Positions 58,801 through 64,000 of a DNA stretch of 64,000 nucleotides are shown piece by piece. Below the pieces are notes generated by a model that ran no database searches, was not told where the DNA came from, and was given only the letters and a program-made list of their open reading frames with translations. Numbering within the stretch: position 1 is the stretch's first letter; every line of letters starts with the position of its first letter. The position numbers and the translations under genes are program-made. This DNA is from Phoronis australis (taxonomy: Eukaryota > Animalia > Phoronida). The DNA is taken from the NCBI GenBank assembly GCA_002633005.1, contig NMRA01000121.1, positions 199,000-262,999 on the forward strand, read 5' to 3'.

Positions 58801-61800
58801 TGGACGGCACTATGTCAGCACAGGTGGAAAAGACACTACAGAGGTCAGTGCAATATGTTCGTAAAATGGTGTAGGAAAATTATATTTTGTTTTGCAAAAT
58901 TCTTTTACATTTGACATTCTTAACGTTAAAAGTGTTGGAATCGTTATTTAAATTTATAAGTGAACATGCTAACATTTGTTGATTTTGAGGTACTGCTGTT
59001 TGACATATTCATATCAGAAATCTATTTGTTGTCAGCTTATTGAGAAGTGTAATGTTCGAAGGTTCAATGCACTGGAAAAATACAGAGGTCAATAGGTCAA
59101 CAAACTGATAAATGAATAAGTACCATGCGTGAAACTTGTTTGCTGCTGATATGGTAGATTTTTGATAGGCAGAGGAAATTGTGTTCTTATTGAAGGGTAG
59201 TGTAATTGACTAAATTTTGGTTCACGAGTAGAGGCGGACGCAGTTGGGGGTTGGGGGAGATCTAGGGAGTGTGGTTTTCTCCGCTGGGTCATATTACAAT
59301 ACTGTAGTGGAGAATTCTCAAGCACCCTCTTTGTTTTGCCCGCGTCTGACCTTAAGGATGAAATCCTGAATACACAGCTGCTGAGATTGATAAATACAAT
59401 CATTTTTGTTACAAAACTTTCAAATAACGAAATTGTACTTGACAGAATTTATGTCATTGACATATGGTGTACATTTAATGTTGTGTATAATGTATATATT
59501 TTACAATGACTTGATATTGACTGCATTAAAGTTAAATGACTCGAGTTAGGGAAGTAAAAATGTTAAAATTAAAATTAAATCAACATGTTTGTATGTTTTT
59601 CTTCAAAACGAGTCATAATCTTTCATTGATTTAGATACAACAACCCATAAAGTCACGTGTTCTTTCATTCTGTAAATATTCTAATAAAAAAATCCGAAAT
59701 ATTGACAATCAAACTTTGTGACAACTTGTAAAATCTTGTGTAGTTTCAATTATAAGCAATTCAAAATCAGTCAAGATTTGTGAAAAACAGGGATTCAGCA
59801 ACTTTAATTAGGTCAAACTAAAAATCACCGAATTTAACCAAAATGAATTTTATGGTGGTTTTTCAAATCAAATCAAAATTTCCAGAGAATTTATTTGCCA
59901 TTGCTTATTTTTCTCAATTTCCGAATGCAAACCTCATTATTGTATTTGTGAAGAAGGTCTGTTTTCCAAACATAATGTTATCATGATTTCCTCAGGAACT
60001 TGTGAAGATGCTCGACCTAAAACCTGGTCAGAGAGTGTTGGATGTCGGCGCAGGGATAGGGGGCAGTGCGTTCCACATGAACCAGGTACTCTAGTTTGTG
60101 ATATGTCTCTTTGGAGCCCATATGTGTGTTGATTGAGGTTTCAAAATTATTCCTGATGTGAGCCTGGCTGGGAAACCACGAGACTCTCCAGACTTAAGTG
60201 GAAAATTGACCTAATACATTGCTTAGAATTTGAATGTTTATTTGATTAGACAATTTTGTGTCCAGTCTAAAGCAAAATTTTGTGGTCTGTGTTCAGTAAT
60301 CTTTGTATCACGACAAAATTTCTTCTCAGTTCTCCAGGAAAACATCATTTCCATATCATATTGGTTTTCGTTTAAAAAAAAAGAAGAAGAATTAGTCAAA
60401 CTCTCAGTCTTGAGTCAATTTTTTTTGAATTTTGGAGAAGTGTGGACGGGGCGGAGCTCTTTGGATCTGTGTCCATACTGTATTTCTATTGTCACATAAG
60501 CTTTGACGTCACTTATAAGTCACAAGGAAGAACTAGTTTTGCTTTACCTCTGGAAGATTGTCTAAGCATACCTCCTAGTGTTGAAATTTTCAATTAAGTT
60601 AAATGTTTTAATATACTGAAGCATTACTAAAATTGCATCTTGCGTCGCATTCTGTTGGGCACGTTGCCAGACATTATTTAATGTTATAAATGACAAAAGA
60701 TATCAAATACCAAAAAGCGCGTTACTCTATCACTACCTCACACTCCTTTTAACGAGTTACCACTGCCAAACGCAACGATTGGCAAGTTGGGTATTTTCTC
60801 TTTCTTGACCTAATTGTTCCTCAATTTCATGGGAGATGACTGCAGTTTAACAACACTGGGAGATAACTGGAAGGCAGTTTTTACAAATTCTGAAAGAAAG
60901 TCAATTTTTTTATTGTTTTCTGTATATTTTGAAGAATTGTTTTCGGATCGCTTAGCAGTTTAATAACAATTGATTCAATGGCTTCTAAACTGTCCATTGT
61001 CGAAATTTTATTGACTCAAATTCAAAATGATTCTGATTAAGGATCCGAGTTTAAAATCTGTGACATGAGACGTGGTATGAACCAGGGTCAGCGGGGTATA
61101 AATTTCAACACAAACCCTTCATTCACCGATTTTAGTCTTTTTTCATTAGAAGTCTTGAATATTCCATCTTGTATAACAGAAAACTTGCTCCCGAAGTACA
61201 GTCAATATTCCATCTGCTGAATAACTACCTCAACGCATAATGTTGGTTTTTTAGATTATATCTTGTAACGATGTGTGCATCTTACCCTGAAAATTTTGTA
61301 ACATCTCACTAAATATGACAGAATGAATGTTAGGTTACGTGTTGTTTGTGATTGCATCCTATGTTATACATCCTCAAAATTTATTTGGCACTGGGAAATA
61401 CACTTCAAAAAACTTTGCAGTGAAAGTGTTAAAACCATTGACGAGACAGCGCAACTGTTGTCAGTACATGATGAGACTGAGAGAGAATGATTCTCAAAGC
61501 TCTGTGCCAACATTTCCTTGTATGACTTGTGCATTGTTTATTGCTTACTACTGATTAATATTTTTTAGCAATACGATGTCAGTGTACATGGGGTTGATTT
61601 ATCCTCGAACATGATCAGTATTGCTCTGGAAAGGCTATCAGAGATGCCGGAGAAGACAGTGAGAGAGGTACACCTCATTTTATTGTTATGGTTATGAAAT
61701 AAATTATAATTTAATTTATCGTGAATTTTAGTGTTTTTAAACACTAAAAACAATTGCTTAAAAGTTGACTTACTGCGTTAACTGCAGTAGTGTTGAATTT

Positions 61801-63462
61801 TTCATTTGACTTGCTGCATTAATTGTGGTAGTGTCTAATTTTTAAAAATTTTTGTACTCTATTCTGACTACTATTACCTGCATAAAGTTTAATATACCTA
61901 AATTTGTTACCGTTTATGCATTTTTATGATTAGGGTTTATGTACTGACCAATTTACTACGATTCAGTTAATATTTATTTTCTAAATTCTTTCGTCGTTAT
62001 TCATCAACAATGACATAAAACTATGACGACCTATTTTATTCCACAGTGTACATTTGAAGTGGCAGATGCTACAAAGCAAGAATATCCCGCTGAATCATTC
62101 GATGTTGTCTACAGTCGTGATACCATCCTACATATTAGCGACAAGGAGGCACTGTTTGCTAAGTTCTTTGTAAGTTATGGAACCACCTCAACCTCTTCAA
62201 GGGACATTATCGTTTTTACGGCCAGGAATGCATTTTGGGGAATTATTGTTGGACGGGATAGACTTTTTGAAGTTATTAGCTTTGACTAGAGCTGTAACAC
62301 AACTACAATTATTTTAAATTTGGGATTTCATTACAAATCACATTTTTTTCACCGTTGGCTACCAGACATTCAGTGAGACCAAAGCTAGTAACTTTACTAC
62401 TGTAGTGTGCTTAAAATGCACTGCCCTTTATTATGTGAGGTTTAGCTCTGACAACAGAGGGTTTTACTGTGGTCGCGGAGGTTGTAGGTTCAATTCCACT
62501 CTGAGGCTGTTATCAGGAAACAAATTTTTTTTGGAGATAATGGCCCTTTAAGTCCAGTTGCATAAACAAAGAATGGTAAAATATCACCACCACTCTATCA
62601 GTATCGCATTGATGTTCTTAAGCAATGCTGCTGTTGTATTTGCTCAGTGGTGAGACTGTCGTGTTATTCACAAGTATGTGTTTAGACTAGAATTCTAGAG
62701 TGACAGCTCAGTTTGTACTGACGTGTTTGACCTGTTTGAAGTTGTAATATTATATTATCTACAAGACTGTGCTGTTATTCACAGGGGGGAGGGGCATGGC
62801 AAGCTCCCGTGTGAGTTATTTTTTTGTATACTGACAGTATGAACATACAGCTTAATACAAGTTGCTTGCAATTCAGGTTTTTAAGTAATTCATGTTCTAA
62901 TAAAAAATTACAATTTTCAAAAAAAATGGTGGTCTCGTGATATGAACGACTGTGGGATGTTTTATGGAATGAATTCAGATTTTTCAGTCATTGAGGATTC
63001 AGAAAATATTTTCATGGGTTATTTAATGGTTGTTTGATGAAACATGAACAGGATTCTTGAAAATTTACAATTACCAAAGTTTATAGTCTCTTGTGAGAAT
63101 CAATAAAAATTTTAAAGGAAGCAATACTGTCTCTGTTGACTCCAAAATAACTACTTCAATTCAGTAATTCTCTAGTCGCCATCTCTTCCATGCTTTATTT
63201 TTCAATTTCTCTGGCCATTGTCTCATTTTAATGCCATCTTGGAATCTTTTCTCATTTTTATTCTTTGCTGTACTGATTACCAGGCAGGTATGAATAATTA
63301 GAATTTTACCCAACTTCATTGCAATTCTAGAAATTCCTGAAGCCAGGTGGTAAGCTGCTCATCACCGACTACTGCTGCAGTCCTGGACAACACTCGGATG
63401 CATTTAAAGCGTATGTCGCTCAAAGGGGCTACATCTTGCTCAGTCCTGAACAGTATGGGAAG
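49828..63462 (+). CDS. PMT: Phosphoethanolamine N-methyltransferase (two tandem SAM-MTase domains, plant-type), 3'-partial, 10 exons visible
   Basis: Exons 49828-49885, 51502-51676, 56466-56624, 57160-57296, 58284-58432, 58658-58843, 59996-60085, 61569-61667 (or -61658), 62047-62169 and 63331-63462. Diagnostic motifs include [56 protein letters not shown]...[37 protein letters not shown] and YVAQRGY. No stop codon before the window end. Confidence 0.95.
51502..51676 (+). CDS. PMT: PEAMT exon 2
   Basis: [27 protein letters not shown]...VVELGAGIG |GTAAGT. Confidence 0.93.
52578..52750 (+). repeat. Interspersed repeat, same family as 36195-36525
   Basis: Reverse-complement match to the 36.2-36.5-kb segment. 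Confidence 0.7.
54179..54390. repeat. Long near-perfect inverted repeat (83-bp arms, 3 mismatches, ~46-nt spacer)
   Basis: Arm 54179-54261 compared by eye with the reverse complement of 54308-54390. Confidence 0.88.
56466..56624 (+). CDS. PMT: PEAMT exon 3
   Basis: [32 protein letters not shown]...; phases 2-2. Confidence 0.92.
57160..57296 (+). CDS. PMT: PEAMT exon 4
   Basis: [18 protein letters not shown]...[10 protein letters not shown] |GTGAGA. Confidence 0.94.
58284..58432 (+). CDS. PMT: PEAMT exon 5
   Basis: [14 protein letters not shown]...[15 protein letters not shown] |GTAATG. Confidence 0.92.
58658..58843 (+). CDS. PMT: PEAMT exon 6
   Basis: [11 protein letters not shown]...[36 protein letters not shown] |GTCAGT. 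Confidence 0.94.
59996..60085 (+). CDS. PMT: PEAMT exon 7
   Basis: [30 protein letters not shown] (SAM motif I of the second domain). Confidence 0.94.
61569..61667 (+). CDS. PMT: PEAMT exon 8 (alternative in-frame donor at 61658)
   Basis: [30 protein letters not shown](VRE). Confidence 0.88.
62047..62169 (+). CDS. PMT: PEAMT exon 9
   Basis: [41 protein letters not shown] |GTAAGT. Confidence 0.94.
63331..63462 (+). CDS. PMT: PEAMT exon 10
   Basis: [44 protein letters not shown] |GTAAAG. Confidence 0.93.
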
Positions 63463-63552
63463 GTAAAGTCTTCATACTCATCAGTCTGCTTTAAACCAGC
63501 CGTTCGGACAATGGGGGAGTGGTTAATTAAGGCCCTTCCATAGCTAAGCCTN

Positions 63553-64000
63553 TTCTTAAGCAATGCTGCTGTTGTATTTGCTCAGTGGTGAGACTGTCGT
63601 GTTATTCACAAGTATGTGTTTAGACTAGAATTCTAGAGTGACAGCTCAGTTTGTACTGACGTGTTTGACCTGTTTGAAGTTGTAATATTATATTATCTAC
63701 AAGACTGTGCTGTTATTCACAGGGGGGAGGGGGGAGGGGCATGGCAAGCTCCCGTGTGAGTTATTTTTTTGCGTACTGACAGTATGACCATACAGCTTAA
63801 TACAAGTTGCTTGCAATTCAGGTTTTTAAGTAATTCATGTTCAAATAAAAAATTACAATTTTCAAAAAAATGGTGGTCTCTTGATATGAACGACTGTGGG
63901 ATGTTTTATGGAATGAATTCAGATTTTTCAGTCATTGAGGATTCAGAAAATATTTTCATGGGTTATTTAATGGTTGTTTGATGAAACATGAACAGGATTC
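63553..64000 (+). repeat. Near-identical direct duplicate of 62615-63057 immediately after an N (probable uncollapsed haplotype or scaffold overlap)
   Basis: The sequence restarts at TTCTTAAGCAATGCTGCTG right after n63552 and differs only by a few SNPs and homopolymer indels. Confidence 0.85.

Noticed and set aside
62460-62510. B-box-like GGTTCAATTCC (similar traces at ~24685 and ~29270)
   Set aside because: Too degenerate to call a tRNA or to delimit a SINE.
1-64000. Prokaryotic systems (operons, defence islands, CRISPR-Cas) or horizontally acquired intronless genes
   Set aside because: All recognisable genes are spliceosomal-intron-rich animal genes. PEAMT has at least 10 canonical introns, so recent bacterial transfer is not supported.

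Overview
Intron-rich, AT-rich animal genomic DNA, probably from an invertebrate (inferred; species cannot be assigned from sequence alone). The bacterial-style ORF track mostly shows exon fragments and noise. I reconstructed three spliced genes by hand, with GT-AG introns and consistent phases. (1) CHMP4/Snf7 (ESCRT-III), minus strand, 5 exons, 217 aa, 6613-13864. (2) A RIPK1-like protein with kinase, repeat-containing linker, RHIM (IQIG) and death domain, minus strand, 11 exons including 17-nt and 37-nt micro-exons, about 654 aa, 19510-37280. (3) A two-domain, plant-type phosphoethanolamine N-methyltransferase, plus strand, 10 exons visible from 49828 and running off the right end. A possible fourth gene starts near 2.6 kb and runs off the left end. 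Introns and intergenic DNA hold LINE fragments, MITEs and fold-back elements, minisatellites and long hairpins. The most striking non-genic structure is a 538-bp miniature LTR retrotransposon (TRIM) in CHMP4 intron 1. Its two LTRs each carry a tRNA-derived A-box/B-box, and it has a tRNA-Ser primer-binding site, a polypurine tract and a near-perfect 4-bp TSD. The last ~450 bp duplicate 62615-63057 after an N and are probably an uncollapsed haplotype.
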